DNA from: Eledone cirrhosa
Taxonomy: Eukaryota
NCBI GenBank assembly: GCA_964016885.1
Contig: OZ024762.1
Coordinates: 21,638,001-21,702,000 of the forward strand
Direction of reading: 5' to 3'
Length of the DNA: 64,000 bases
In this document: in pieces, positions 12,745 to 27,950 of the stretch
Layout of the letters: every line of letters starts with the position of its first letter
Numbering within the stretch: position 1 is the first letter of the stretch
Program-made: the position numbers and the translations under genes
The notes under the pieces: generated by a model
The model's database searches: none
The model's input: only the letters and a program-made list of their open reading frames with translations
Told to the model about the DNA's origin: nothing

Positions 12745-12764
12745 CATGTGTTTACACGCAAAGG

Positions 12765-12947
12765 TTAACCCACAATTACTACTGGTACACGCTATTTTTG
12801 TTTTCAGCTGAGTGGAATGTACTAGAGCAAATGGAGACGACAAGAGTCCAAGAGTCTTGTTCAAGTACACAACGCGCTGTCCGCCTTAGGACTCACGGTT
12901 TAATGATCGTGAGTCCAACATCCTAACCACTAGGCCATGCGCCTTCC
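12765..12947 (-). mobile_element. SINE family 2 (diverged)
   Basis: Minus strand reads ggcgcatggcctagtggttaggatgttggactcacgatc...ccactcagctg. Confidence 0.65.
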
Positions 12948-13366
12948 ACACAAGGAAGTAGAGCTAGTCTTTGTTTTTCTCTTTTGTTTGGTTGTGTTTT
13001 TTTCCGGTGTACATTTGAAAAAAAAACCCAAAAAAACAAGAAGTCTTAATAAGTGAACAAGCGTTCATCATATTTTTCAGGTTGGCTTGAACACTGATGC
13101 ATCTTGGGTTATGAATTCTGTACTTATATTCATATATCAACTGACATTATATTGTATATAGTCTTGCTATTTATATGAACGCCTCAATGTAGACATGAAA
13201 TAATCCCCTGTTTTGTCATATTATATTTTAAAAAAACATATATTTATACATACAGCCACATATATACGTATATATATATAAATACATATATATTATACGC
13301 ACATATATATAATATATCTATAGAGAGAGTAGATTTATTTATATATATATATGTATGTATACATAC

Positions 13367-13456
<90 letters not shown>

Positions 13457-13507
13457 CGTAAAATAAGAAAATTTTAAAAGAAATTTTAAAAAATTAACTT
13501 ACAAAAT

Positions 13508-13543
<36 letters not shown>

Positions 13544-13594
13544 CGTAAAATAAGAAAATTTTAAAAGAAATTTTAAAAAATTAACTTACAAAAT

Positions 13595-13655
<61 letters not shown>

Positions 13656-13919
13656 GCATTGTGAGATACGTAATTCAGAATGTAATGCAAAAAAGTCGGA
13701 TCAATGCGAATAGGAAATATAGTTGTGGAAATAGGATAAAGTAAGAATGGCAAAACAAAACAATTTCTGTTTTCTTTCGAAAAAGAGTTTCTAACCTCGA
13801 AATATTATGAAATGTAGGTTAAAAACTCTTGTCCTATTTTAACATTCTGACTTTATTCTACTCTAGTTCAACAAGTATTCACATTGTGCAGGTATTTCCA
13901 TTACATTATTAATCATATA

Positions 13920-13952
<33 letters not shown>

Positions 13953-15750
13953 CTATACACACATTTATACATATATATATATATATAAAGTAGATTTAAT
14001 CATATTCTTACAACATGGACCATGATGTTTCAGCAAATTGTGTGTGTGTTTGTTGTTGAAATCTTCGTCGTAGGTATGTTGTAAATATATGAACAAATCT
14101 AGTTATACAATTTGAGTTCTTCCTTTTTTGTAATATATATATATATATATATTCATATATATATATATTCATGTATAGATATATATATATACATATACAT
14201 ATACATATATACATATACATATGATATCCACTGTAGAATTTTATGATACCATGTAAATAGTGAACGTTTTTCTTGGAGGAAACCTAATGGATTGTGTTTT
14301 TAATTATGTATATGAATGACGAAATAAATATACTCCATAAACATTTTTATTTCATCTTAAAACTTATATTCATTTATATTCACTAGGAATTTTTCGAATG
14401 ACAAAAAACAACTTTTGTTAAGTGAGATCATTTTATTTTCGTTTGATGTAAAACGAATGAGTATAAGAAAATTACCGCTCAAAAGTTAGTGTTATTCTCA
14501 TAAACTTGAAACGCCAGCCAGCCTCAAGTTTAAACCTCAACTCCAGATCCTGCTGTTATTTATTTAATTTTTTTTTTTTCAGTCGTGAGAAAAGGATTTT
14601 TCTTGCTGAAGACTTCAATCAACATGGCCGATCTCTCGGTCCAGGCAGAGAAGCGATGACCTTAAATGATCGTTAGTCTAACACACTAACTCCTTGACTG
14701 CGCGTCTTTGAATAAACAGACTTATACCTCTCACTAGCAACACGAAGAATGCTACTGCTAATTAATGCTATCTCAGTGAAGCACGGACTATATGTAAATG
14801 AACTTTTCCGGCAGATATCGTTTATTTTAATCATCACTGACGATGAATTAAAATTTCTGAAACACAAGTGACTACCGTTCTCCCATTGCTACCAAGAAAG
14901 CTGTGACATATTCACAGTTTCAAGCCTCCACAGCGAGATTTATATGTGTTTATTATACATGACAATGGTGTATACTCGTTGTTATACATACATGCCTGTA
15001 TGAAATAATCAAAATCATTTGCTATTCTAGAGATAGTTTTAATGGAGAATAAATGTTATTTCAGAAGCAATGTCTTCACTTAAAAGATAAGAAACTTGTA
15101 AGCTTCTTTTAAGATTTTACTGGCTACAGAGTACATTAAAGTGAGGGTGGAGATTAAAGTCCCATTAAATAGAAAAGGTCAGTGAAGTAGAGAAAGACAA
15201 GAAAGAATTTTCTAATCTTCTTTCTTTTCAAATTTTCTTAAACAGGATACATTTAAATATTTCAGCTGTTAAACATAAGGCGGGGGAATAGAAGTAATTT
15301 TATAGTCTTCTCTTCAAAGCGTCATAGACAGATCACGTTTAAATATTTTAGATGTTAAGGATTAAGAGTTGGTGTAGTTCTTAGAATACCGAGTAAAATG
15401 GTTTGAATTCAGAATACAAATGCTGTCATTGGTCCTTGAATATCAATGGAGTCGTAGGCGTTCCGCCATGTGACACAGCGTAACTTGCGCACTATAAACC
15501 AGGTCAAAACTTTATTTTAGTGTTTTGTCAAAGAAATGAGGGCTGCACCCGTAGATTTAGCAATGTAATCCCTGTGGCATGTGCAAGACCTGTGGGCTTG
15601 GTAAGGGTAGGAGAGAATGAAGCTATCACTCCAGCGTGGCAGCTTTTAAGATTTTTATATAAATTGTTTCTTTCAAAAACAAAACAAAACAGAAAAAAAA
15701 ACCCAAAACCAATATCTATCTATCTATCTATCTATCTCTATCTCTATATA

Positions 15751-15845
15751 TAACAAAGAGGGTGTGGTAAGATACCAGGTGGACCATAACGCACTAGAGT
15801 ACTCAATACTTAGGGTAGTAGAGTAGGTCCTGACACTTTTCCTAT
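15751..15845 (-). mobile_element. Family A 3'-end fragment
   Basis: ggtggaccataacgcactagagtactcaatacttagggtagtagagt, ending in cctat plus (at)n. Confidence 0.7.
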
Positions 15846-15861
15846 ATGTATATAAATATAA

Positions 15862-15949
<88 letters not shown>

Positions 15950-16006
15950 TAATAAGAGTTTCTTATACAAGCACAAGGGGGAAGTCGATTAAATCGACCC
16001 CAGTGT

Positions 16007-16141
16007 TAGTGATTAGAGCATTGGGCTTGCAATCGACAGGTACAGGTTGTGAGTTCAATTCTCGGACCGGGTGATGTGTTGTGTCCTTGAGCAAGACACT
16101 TTATTTCACATTGCTCCAGTTTACTCAGCTGTAGAAATGAG
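16007..16141 (+). mobile_element. SINE family 2 nested in a family 1 SINE
   Basis: gagttcaattctcggaccggg...ccttgagcaagacactttatttcacattgctccag. Confidence 0.7.
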
Positions 16142-16269
16142 ATGATAGGAGTGGGAGCTCCTATCATTAAATCACCCAAGACACCTTCAACGAGATATAC
16201 CTTCGCGGAGGCCAGCTAAACCTGCATAGAGGTGTGAGCTGTCACACACACACACACACACACTGTGTG

Positions 16270-16413
16270 ATCGGTACTTTATTTTATCGACCCCGTAAAG
16301 GTGAAAGGAAAAGTTAACCTCGGCCGGATTTGAACTCAGATCATAAAGGGCCGTAACTCTTTCCTGCAAAGCATGGCGTCCGACCCGCTACTGCTACTGC
16401 TAACCCACCGCCC
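16270..16413 (-). mobile_element. SINE family 1, 5' part; its 3' part lies at ~15965-16005
   Basis: Head and core on the minus strand, separated from the 3' part by a family 2 SINE. Confidence 0.75.
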
Positions 16414-16687
16414 TCACTAATAAGGTTACTTGTTTATATCTGTGCATTGATGAATACAGCAATAAACTATCTATAAAGATAATTATCTTGCTTCAGATTA
16501 GAGGTTACTACTTGTAGATTAAACACGAGTAAATCTGTTACTTTAAGAGATAACAATCTCCCATAATATACTCTGTTTAATTAGAATCTCATTTATCAAC
16601 ATTCATGGCATCAATAAAGCTAACAAACTACCTCGGCGCAATGCAGTCTTTATATGAACTATATACTCGTATACTAGATAGATTAGA

Positions 16688-16755
<68 letters not shown>

Positions 16756-16807
16756 ATATATATATGTAAATACATATATATATATATATATATATATGTA
16801 AATACAC

Positions 16808-16838
<31 letters not shown>

Positions 16839-16872
16839 TATATAGATGGATATATACATATATATATGGGTG

Positions 16873-16905
<33 letters not shown>

Positions 16906-16987
16906 ATGGAAATACATATATATATATATATATATATATGTGTAAATACAGATATATGTATATGTATATATATATATGTAAATACAC

Positions 16988-17019
<32 letters not shown>

Positions 17020-17539
17020 AGATGGATATATACATATATATATGGGTGTATATATATATATATATGTGTGTGTGTGTATATATATATATGTGTGTGTGTA
17101 TGTATACACAAACACATATATATATATATATATAAAGTTGTGCGCTATATATATAGAGAGAGAGAGATAGAAAGGGAGAGAGTGAGATAGATGGAGACGG
17201 AGGAATAGAAAAAGATGAAGTAGAGGGTGTGTGTGGGAGAGAGAGGGGGGTATGGGGGAAAGTGAGAGCTTGAGTGATTTTAAATGAAAAGTTATTTACT
17301 CTCTGAATGATAAAGTCTAAATTTTAGACATTATCATTAATTATTCAGACAGGGGGCCTGAGAGTGGGGAGGGGGTAGAGGGGGGGGGGATAGATAGGTA
17401 GGTAAGTAGGTGATTAGGTAGGTATGATATGTATGTATATCTATCTATCTATCTTTATATATATATATATATATGTAAATATATATATATATATTTATAT
17501 TTATATATATATATAAATATATATATATTTATATACATA

Positions 17540-17571
<32 letters not shown>

Positions 17572-17572
17572 C

Positions 17573-17668
<96 letters not shown>

Positions 17669-17959
17669 TAATTGTTAGAGAATTGTTACCGAATTCTTGG
17701 ACAAATATATTTATTGGTTTACAATTGTTTCAGAAATCAGATCAAAATTCAGTTCATGGAAATAAAAATTATCGATTATATAATCGATAAGAACAGATGA
17801 TAATAAAATTGAACTAAAAACTGGTCTCATCTTCAGAACCAAAAAGAAAATAAACATAAAATTTAAAAATACATGTCAGTGATGGTGGAGACTACATAAA
17901 ACATGAAAGGCAAACAGAAGTAAAATAAATTCTAAAATCAAAGAAGTTAAACGTTTAAA

Positions 17960-18045
17960 TAATTGTTTCTACTTTTGGCACAACGCAAGCAATTACCCTG
18001 TACATTACAGGTACTTTATTTTATCGACCCCGTAAGGATGAATGG
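17960..18045 (-). mobile_element. Truncated SINE family 1
   Basis: Core plus tail on the minus strand. Confidence 0.7.
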
Positions 18046-18296
18046 AGGAGTTACTGGCTTGTAATTTTCACAACTAATCTCCTATCTCTCCTTCTTGATT
18101 GGTTTGTACACATACTTTTGATATATATTTATATATATATATTGTTATACTTAGGGAGGGTCATATTGTTATGATATTGCCAGAAATAATAACAGAACAC
18201 ACTCACTGTTTGGTTTGGGTTGGTTTTCGCTTCTGTATCTTTTATATCTCCATAATTAATTTATTTGGTAATCAATGCTTATCATTGATTGACCAA

Positions 18297-18355
<59 letters not shown>

Positions 18356-18987
18356 CTTCTAGATTTAATAGTTAACTAATTAATTTAATTAGACAATTTC
18401 GTTGATTGGTTAATTATTAGTGTTTGTTTTATAACATCTAGTCGAGAGCTTATCATGATGTTTAGCGGGAATTTTAAATATTTCCTTTTTCGCTAACTTT
18501 TTGAATAACCGCCTGGGACCGGGGTTATTTCCCTTGCCGGAATTAGCACGTGATAATTATAGATTCGATTAGCAGCTTATTGCAGCAACATATAATTTAT
18601 CACTTCCATCTCAAGAAGGACGATAAACCTGTTGAAAAATTGAATCCAACGTTCGGTCATCAATTGCCAGGAGCTTGCCTTACAAGTAAGTCGGATATTT
18701 GATTTTGGATTCAGAGAAACACTTTAAAAGTCTATTCGTCTAATTTGTCTTAAACGTCTATTCGTCTAATTTGTGCAGGTGTACTTTTTCTCAACCTGAT
18801 TAGTGCTATCGTTGCTCTGGTATACATATTGGGTTTAGCCTACCACAATGTTCGATTTGTCAAGCTTTTTAAACGTATGTTATTGCTCTAAGGACCTATC
18901 TTATCGAGTGCTTTGCTAACTCATCATTTCATATAAGTAGGCCGAATTCACTTGCAAACCGCCAGAGATTCGATTTTACTGATTTCC

Positions 18988-19333
<346 letters not shown>

Positions 19334-19502
19334 AACAAGTATGACCCCGGCTTATATATATATATATATATATATTAATTATTAAAATAACAGATTAAAG
19401 TTTAAGCAAAGAATCGCTGCTTTCACCCTTAACGGTGATATATATTTATCCTTATCGAGCCCTCTTTGGATTTTAGTCTTCACATTTATTATTATTACTA
19501 TA

Positions 19503-19602
<100 letters not shown>

Positions 19603-19929
19603 CTAAACCACCCGTAATCCGTTGGGTCACGTTCACTTAAAAATATTTTTAAATAATTAAAATATACACAGACATGTCTCTCTTTCAATTTACTCTCTCA
19701 CAACCTTTATTTCTTTCACTCTGTTTTTCTCTCTCTCTTTTTATGAAGGTTCCCGGAAAACCCCGTATCTCGGGAACCCGTGCTCCGATTTACGCGAGTC
19801 TTGTTTTATTCCATTTGTATTCCCATTTCAGGGGCAGCATGCTTTCAAAGTATTTTCCCATTATGCGCCGTTTTGGCTGTATTTCATTACATACAAGCAC
19901 ACAATCACAGAGTTTTAGTAGTATATAGA
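19603..19929 (-). mobile_element. Non-autonomous Helitron-like element
   Basis: The minus strand starts TC and ends with a small hairpin plus ggtggtTTAG then T; homologous to 61842-62132. Confidence 0.6.
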
Positions 19930-20089
19930 CAGAGAGAGAGGGGCGAGGAACTCAGACCGACATAGATAGAGAGAAAGTGGTAGATATAGAGTCAGCAAAA
20001 ACTGAGACGACCTAATAAGGTCAATTATGTCTTTAAACTCTGATAATATATAATCGATCAACTACGATCAAGGAAATATATTAATAAGT

Positions 20090-20585
20090 GGAGGTGGAGT
20101 GAGTGGGGGAGGAAGAACGGAGGGAGAGTGAGTGAGGGTGAGAAGGAGGGGACGGAGGAATTGAACGGTGAAGGTGGGAGGGAAGGAGTGGTGGAGGGGA
20201 GGGAGAAAGTGAACGGCGGAGAGTGAGTGTGGGAATGAGGGAAGAGGGGGAGTGAGGGAGTGAGTGAAGGAAGGAAGGAGTGGGGCAGGGAGGGAGTGAG
20301 TGATTGAGTGAGTGAAGGAGGGAAGGAGAGAGAGAGGGAATGACTGAGTGAACGATGAACGAGTCAATGAAGGAGGGAGGCAGTGAGCGAGTGAGGGAAT
20401 CACTGGGGAAGGAAGTGGGTGAACGAGTGAGTGAGGGAGGGAGAGAGTGAGCGAGTGAGGGAATGAGTGAAGAAGGGTGTGAGGGAGTGAACGATTTAGT
20501 GAGTGAATGAGTTAGTGAGCGAACGAGTGAGTGAACTAGTGAGCGAGTGAGGGAATGAGTGAGCGATGGAGGCAGTGAATGAGAA
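20090..20585. repeat. Purine-rich (GAGT/GGGA)n low-complexity tract
   Basis: Seen directly in the sequence. Confidence 0.85.
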
Positions 20586-21256
20586 GTTCAGAACAATAAA
20601 TCAAATTGAATGTGCAAAGGTAGCTTAGCTGTGGTACATGTAATAGATTTGGCAGTAAAATAATGGCCGTTTTTTCCATACATGATGGTAATTTCTCCTC
20701 CTATATGAAGAAGCTTCAGGTGCAATAAAATATAGATAAATAGATGATTAAAAAAGTAGATAATTCGAAAGGAAATAACATAAAAATGAAAAGTAAAATT
20801 CAAATCAAAAGAACGAGCAATGGCGGCTAGTAAAATTCACTGTCACACTGACAGCTAGAGTTTATGACGTCAATTGTATGTAGAAATGTAACTATAGCAA
20901 GAGAGCTTGTCAGTACACACACACATACATATACACAGACACACACACACACATACATACAAACACACACATACATACAAATACACAGACACACACATAT
21001 ATATATATATACACATACACACATACACACACATATTTATATATATGTGTGTGTGGGTGTGCGTATGTATATGTATATTATGTATATAATATATATATGT
21101 GTGTATCTGTATACATATATGAATATACGAATGCACACACACACACACACACAACACTCTCTCTTTCTCTCTCTCATACACAAATATATATATTAACATA
21201 TATCTACATACATATATATGTGTGTGTATATATATATATATATTAATATATATATT

Positions 21257-21289
<33 letters not shown>

Positions 21290-21396
21290 ATGTATGTATT
21301 GTATGTATATATGTATATATGTATATATATATATATATATATATAAATATATATAATATATATATAAATATATATAATATATATCTATATCTATAT

Positions 21397-21514
<118 letters not shown>

Positions 21515-21716
21515 AATGAAAATAGAGAAATTAATGTGAGCCAATAGGAATTCATACATATAAGTGACTATTACCCCAAGATGGTAAATATTTTACGTGA
21601 GATATGGGAAAAATAATTCAATCTCAATTAAAAAAAAGTCAAGACAGAAATTTTATCCACATATTTTGTGTAACCCAGGGAAAAAAACCAATAGAGTCTT
21701 AACTCAGAATAAAATA

Positions 21717-21773
<57 letters not shown>

Positions 21774-22125
21774 TATATATATATATGTATGTGTATATAT
21801 ATATAAATGTATATATATGTATATATATATATATAATATATAAGATCAAAAGATGGTTAAATGAGTTCCAGGTATTTTATTATGTGCATTTCAAAAACAA
21901 ATATCATCATGCAATAACATTTGTGTTTTCATCAGATAAAATAGGAGGACATGATATGAAGGTTAAAAAACACTTGTGGATAGTGCAGTTTTAAATCAAC
22001 ATATATGGAACTCATTTAACCATCTTTTGATCTTATATATTATGTATACTCCAGTCCTACAAACTGTAGAGTGCTTCTTATCCGATATCTGCATTGCTTT
22101 ATTGTACTACAATAAAACTCACCTC

Positions 22126-22174
<49 letters not shown>

Positions 22175-22401
22175 TATATTTCTTCAGCTAAACCCTTTAC
22201 ACGAGGAATCAATTTCCGAGTGACTTTTACAACATCTTTTCTATCGAGGATCTCTAATACAAGATTTAGCCTGAGCATATATCGATTTAGCCTGAGCATA
22301 TATCGATTTATACTAAAATAATAACAACATCATAATAATAATATTGATGATAATATAATAACAACACAGACACATAGATATACACACACACAGACACACA
22401 C

Positions 22402-22502
<101 letters not shown>

Positions 22503-22607
22503 TATAAATGTATATATACGTACATATATGCATCTAATTATGTAAGGTTGTTATATATATCTCTATATATATATATACATATATATATCTATGTATGTAT
22601 ATACACA

Positions 22608-22639
<32 letters not shown>

Positions 22640-22647
22640 CATGTATA

Positions 22648-22726
<79 letters not shown>

Positions 22727-22740
22727 TATGTGTATGTATG

Positions 22741-22831
<91 letters not shown>

Positions 22832-22864
22832 TGTACCGTTGTTATTTCTGTTTACCTTTTAAAT

Positions 22865-22987
<123 letters not shown>

Positions 22988-23800
22988 AAGATCGAAAGAT
23001 ACCTATACGTGTATATATATGCATGAAATTATTTAAGCTACACATATATATATATATATATATTATCAGGTGTTAATATTCATCTCAGATGTCATTTAGC
23101 ATATACTTAGCATATTTCAATTCAACAGAAAGTAATCGGATTTGGAAGAATTACACGGATGTAAATGTAGTAAAAAGAAGAACAAAATGAAATCAATAAA
23201 ATTTAAAGAATCATTTATGTCCGCCATTAAATCTTGTAGCGGGTGTCGTTATTTCTCGCTATAGTGCAGAGGATAACATCTTTGACAAAGATGTATACAT
23301 ACGTTGCGGTGTCCTTACATGGCCGCAGTCCAATGATTGAGACCAGTAAATGTGTAAAAGGATAAAAACAATATTATACGTGCGTATTTATAGTGGTGTA
23401 TTCAAAGTATTAGAATCACAGTCTTTCACGACGTTTAGTGCGCATGCTCATATAATGCGCCCGATGAATTTGAGAAGAAAATTTCTTGCAAAAAGACAAA
23501 ATAATATAAAAAGGTAACTAAAGACATATAATAATTATAGCTGTTCTCCAGAGGAATAATGTCACTAAATGATGTCACAAGGCAGTTTACAAGACCAATT
23601 CTTTTATAACAAAAATAATTACGTGTTATATGCCGTGAAATTCAGTAATTAAGGTTAGAGTTATGTTCTAAGTGTCGTCACCAAAACAAGTTCATTTCCT
23701 TCCTTTCTAAAGCCAGGCTAAATAGAAAAAAAAATCGAAAAATTGGATGCCCGTAGCGCATTGTCTTTAGGTAAGATGAGCAGGATGACAACAATAGGTT

Positions 23801-24174
23801 AAACTGGAGAAAAAGCTAGACGGGGCTTACACACGTATGCTCCGCGCTGCTTTAAACGTGTCTTGGAGGGAACACCCAACAAATAAGGATCTCTATGGCA
23901 ATATACCACCTATCAGCAGGTCAATACGTGGACAGAGACTCAGATTTGCTGGCCACTGTTGGCACAGCAAGGAAGAAATAGCAATGTGATGTGTCGTTAT
24001 GGAGTCCATCTCATGGAGCAAGAAACGCTGGTCGTCCCAAGAAGACATACGTCAAGCAACTTGAGGACGATACTGGATGCACTGCGGAAGAACTGGCAAA
24101 CGCTATGAGAGACAGAGATGGATGGAGGAAACGTGTCATAGAAAGCCGAACAAGCTCGACCTGATGATGATGAT
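23801..24174 (+). mobile_element. RTE-clade LINE 3' end with (TGA)n tail
   Basis: EKKLDGAYTRMLRAALNVSWREHPT...RLRFAGHC...GRPKKTYVKQLEDDTG...MRDRDGWRKRV, followed by tgatgatgat. Confidence 0.85.
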
Positions 24175-24419
24175 ATTGCTGAAGAATTTCTAAAGGGTTT
24201 AAGCTTGACCGTAAGGGTTCTATGTATTGTAATATCTACACACTTCTTAAACTATGGGATAATAAGTTGAATAATGGTCCTGATAATTTCAATAAGTAAC
24301 ATATTTATGGTAAAGGAGTGGTAATGAATACATATGTGGGAACTGTTAGCGAGTGCTTGTTAGTGTGAATGCATATCTATGCGTGCGGGTATGTATATGT
24401 CTCTCTTTCTCTTAATTTC

Positions 24420-24866
24420 GAGTACATTTTCACCGGCCACCTTCCTGGTGGCAAGGATGTAAAAGAAAAAAAAATGATCATCCTTTGAATCACAAGAATG
24501 TTTTGAAAATTTTGAAGGTGCCAGCTATCGCAGCCATTTGTAGTCTATGAATTAGGGAGCTGCGCTCTTTGTCCACAAATCCAAGTTCAGTTACACTTTG
24601 GTCCAAGCGGGTTGGTATATAACCTCTAACTCCAATAATAATGAGTGTGAAGCTGAAGGTGTATCTTGGATACTGGATCTGCAAACTCCTCATCAATGGC
24701 CCGTAGATGTCCGCCTTCTCTTGTGTTTTCCTTACAACTTTGACATCAATGTGTGGTCCCATACAACAATATCAGGCCGATTGTGTTTTAATTTGGTGGC
24801 AGTTTTTATTTCCAGGTTCCACCAGTATTCTTTAGTGCCAACTATCTCAACATATTCCCCCTCATG
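24420..24866 (-). mobile_element. R4/Dong-like non-LTR retrotransposon 3' end (restriction-like endonuclease remnant)
   Basis: YWWNLEIKTATKLKHNRPDIVVWD, then a frameshift/deletion, then EKADIYGPL...IIIGVRG...LQMAAIAGTFKIFKTFL*. The RPD motif is typical of the RLE domain. Confidence 0.75.
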
Positions 24867-24877
24867 TATGTATATAT

Positions 24878-24990
<113 letters not shown>

Positions 24991-25140
24991 TTAGTATATC
25001 TACTAACATATGCGTACAGATGTACGCTAATGCTAGCAAATACATAAGTTATGTCATAGTACCTAGGTGGTTCAATGCAGGAGGATGCAGAACAATAATA
25101 TGAAGGACGTAAAATAAGAAAATTTTCTTATTTTACGTCC

Positions 25141-25185
<45 letters not shown>

Positions 25186-25292
25186 ATAATAATAAATTTG
25201 AAGACTAAAATCCAAAGAGGGCTCGATAAGGATAAATATATATCAAATATATAAGAACCGTAGAGCAAATATTTATTAAAATAACAGATTAA

Positions 25293-25343
25293 AGTTTAAG
25301 CAGAGAATCGGTGCTTTCACCCTTAACGGGATCTTCTGAAACT
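25293..25343 (-). ncRNA. Hammerhead-like motif with CAGAAGA core variant
   Basis: Minus strand reads agttt-CAGAAGA-tccc-gttaa-gggt-GAAA-gca...tgc-TT-aaact. All three stems pair, but U4 is replaced by A. Confidence 0.45.
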
Positions 25344-26185
25344 AATATATATATTGGTAACAATATTAAACAGACATTCATTCTTTACAGATCCCTGTTT
25401 GTACTTTAGAGGTCTCATGAATTAGACCAAACCTAGACACTCTGCCGCCTTGGCAATACAACTATAGCGGAACTATTTCATATATCGCAACAACAATATA
25501 TATTCATACGTGATTTGGTTAAACAAACGAATCGTTTTAGATCGCGTATGAATACATTGTTGCCGCCTCATTATAAAACCTTCTGATTCACCAGAGAGAG
25601 AACTCTCTTGGACAGCGAGATGAAAAGACCTACTACAGGATAACTCCTACTGTGATCCTCCTATAATCCTGCTATGAGGAATTGAACATTTAGGAACAAA
25701 GCATGTTCCACATTTCTTGAATTGCTCTTCTACGTTATGTTTTCTATATGAGATATTCTACTGTGTGTATAGAAATTTGGTCTTCTACAATAAATTTATG
25801 TTTATGGCGAATTGAGTGTCGAAAAGGATAATTGTTTATATCACGATGTCAGAAGCATGTCACAGCAAGTACGGAGGAAGGAATACACCAACCAAGGTAT
25901 TTTTTTTTGCAATTGTTTGTGATAACAAAGTCATTGGATGGTTCAACTTGTAGTTATTAAAAGGAATAAATAATCATTTTACTCCTCTTTTCCCTATACA
26001 ACAATTTGTTCACTCACGGCTAATATTTTAACTATTATTCATACAATATTAATTATTTCGTTACTATAGTCCTACCGAAAGAGACTGTCCGTTGTTTGTA
26101 AATAATTTTGAAAATAATCGAGAATTTGAAGGGGTTTAGTAGTATATATTCTCACTGTCTATATGTTAACTATAATTCAGACAGT

Positions 26186-26361
26186 GCAGTATCGGTAGAG
26201 GGTCGTATGCCATGCTTTGCAGCAAAGAGTTACGGTGCTTTATGATCTGAGTTCAAATCCCGCCGAGGTTAACTTTGCTTTTCATCCTTACGGGGTCGAT
26301 AAAATAAAGTACCAGTAATACACTGTGATAATTGCTGGTCTTGTGCCAAAGGTAGAAACAA
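26186..26361 (+). mobile_element. SINE family 1
   Basis: Head, core and tail present. Confidence 0.8.
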
Positions 26362-26519
26362 ATATTAAGTGTTTCTTTACTATATTTCTTCTGAAATATA
26401 CTGCTTAAAGTGTTCAGTTTGAGATCGTTGTGGAAATCGGACCCTCGTAAAGACCTGAAGATCCGTCTCTTCATGGCCACAGTGGAGTCGGTGCTTGGAG
26501 TACGGGTTTGAGACTTGAA

Positions 26520-26885
26520 CACTGACCAAGAAACTCACTCAGATGCTACAAGAGAATACTGAGGAGGGCTCTGAACATTAATCAGTAAACACCGAGGATG
26601 AAGAACTCACAGCTATACGGGAGCCTTCCAAAAGTCAGCGGAGACAGAGGAGACTGAGGTTAGCTGGACATGTTCACCGACATTCAGAGTTGGCACTGCA
26701 CTCAGTGCTCCAGTGGGAGCTTCTGCACGGACACACTAGAAGAGGGAGACCGAGGTTGACATATATTGATGCCCTAAGGACAGACACTAGTCTTTGGGAG
26801 ACGCAGCACATGGTGGCAATGATGAGGGACAGAGACCACTGGAGAGAACTCGTCCATGGATCTCTGGAATTTTACCCGCACAAGA
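26520..26885 (+). mobile_element. RTE-clade LINE 3' fragment, same family as 7320-7639
   Basis: RRLRLAGHV...LQWELLHGHTRRGRPRLTYIDALRTDT...MRDRDHWRELV. Confidence 0.8.
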
Positions 26886-27359
26886 TAGATAGGAAATGTT
26901 CAAATGATTTTGAAAATAATCGAGAATGTGGATGTATTCAGTAGAATATTTACTCACTGTCTCTATATTAACTGTAACTTAGACAATATTAAATGTTTCG
27001 TTACCTGATTTCTAGTGAAATATACTGCCTAAAATTTTCAAATAATTTTGAAAATAATCGAACATTTGGAGGGACAAAGTAATATAAATGACTATCTAAT
27101 TATTAAGCTGCCAGTAATTCAAATTTTGTGTTTCATTTTACCGATGTCTATAAAATAAAGTATTAGTCGATTGCTTGGTCGTTTTAATCGACTTTCTCTT
27201 CCCTCATATTGTTAGACAGGGTTATTAAACTGATAGTGTTTTTTTCTTTTCTTGCTGTTACTTAATCAAGCTGGATTCACAACTTTTCAAAAGACAAAAT
27301 AATTTTTAAAAAAACATACTTTATTAACATTCATAGTGACTGAATGACTGAATAATTTG

Positions 27360-27435
<76 letters not shown>

Positions 27436-27510
27436 TGATGTCTTCCAAAAGTAACGGTCGCATTTTGAAAGGGTACGTCAAAGTTTATTTATAAAACTGG
27501 TATATATTGT

Positions 27511-27573
27511 ATTTTGTCTGATGAAGGCATACCATAGTTTAACTTGGTATCCTTGTAATATGTATAATGAAAT
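27511..27573 (+). ncRNA. Decayed paralogue of the 8801 hammerhead (GAAA changed to GTAA)
   Basis: Same family, with shared downstream tatggttttataaatatagtttccattt. CTGATGA is intact, stems are kept via G-U pairs, and the core GAAA is mutated. Confidence 0.5.
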
Positions 27574-27613
27574 AAATATGGTTTTATAAATATAGTTTCC
27601 ATTTGTTAATATC

Positions 27614-27662
<49 letters not shown>

Positions 27663-27731
27663 ACCAGCGATTCGCTGGGGAAATTGCTGGCCTTGTGCCA
27701 AAAGTAGAAACAATTATTATAGCTTCAACTA

Positions 27732-27950
27732 GGGCGGTGGATTGCCAGTATCGGTAGAGGGTCGGACGCCATGCTTTGCAGCATAGAGTTACGGTCCTTT
27801 GCGATCTGAGTTCGAATTCCGCCAAGGTTAACTTTGCCTTTCAGCCTTACGGGTTCGATAAAATAAAGTACCAGTCACGCACTGGAGTCGATTTAATCGA
27901 CTTTCCCCCCTCCCCCAAAATTGCTGGCCTTGTGCTTATATAAGAAATCA
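27732..27950 (+). mobile_element. Full-length SINE family 1, preceded by a tail fragment at ~27657-27720
   Basis: gggcggtggattgccagtatcggtag through ttgctggccttgtgc. Confidence 0.85.

Noticed and set aside
14837-14872. CTGACGA...GAAA-cacaagtg hammerhead-like core
   Set aside because: The cleavage triplet lacks U (GAC) and stem I does not pair; at best a dead relic.
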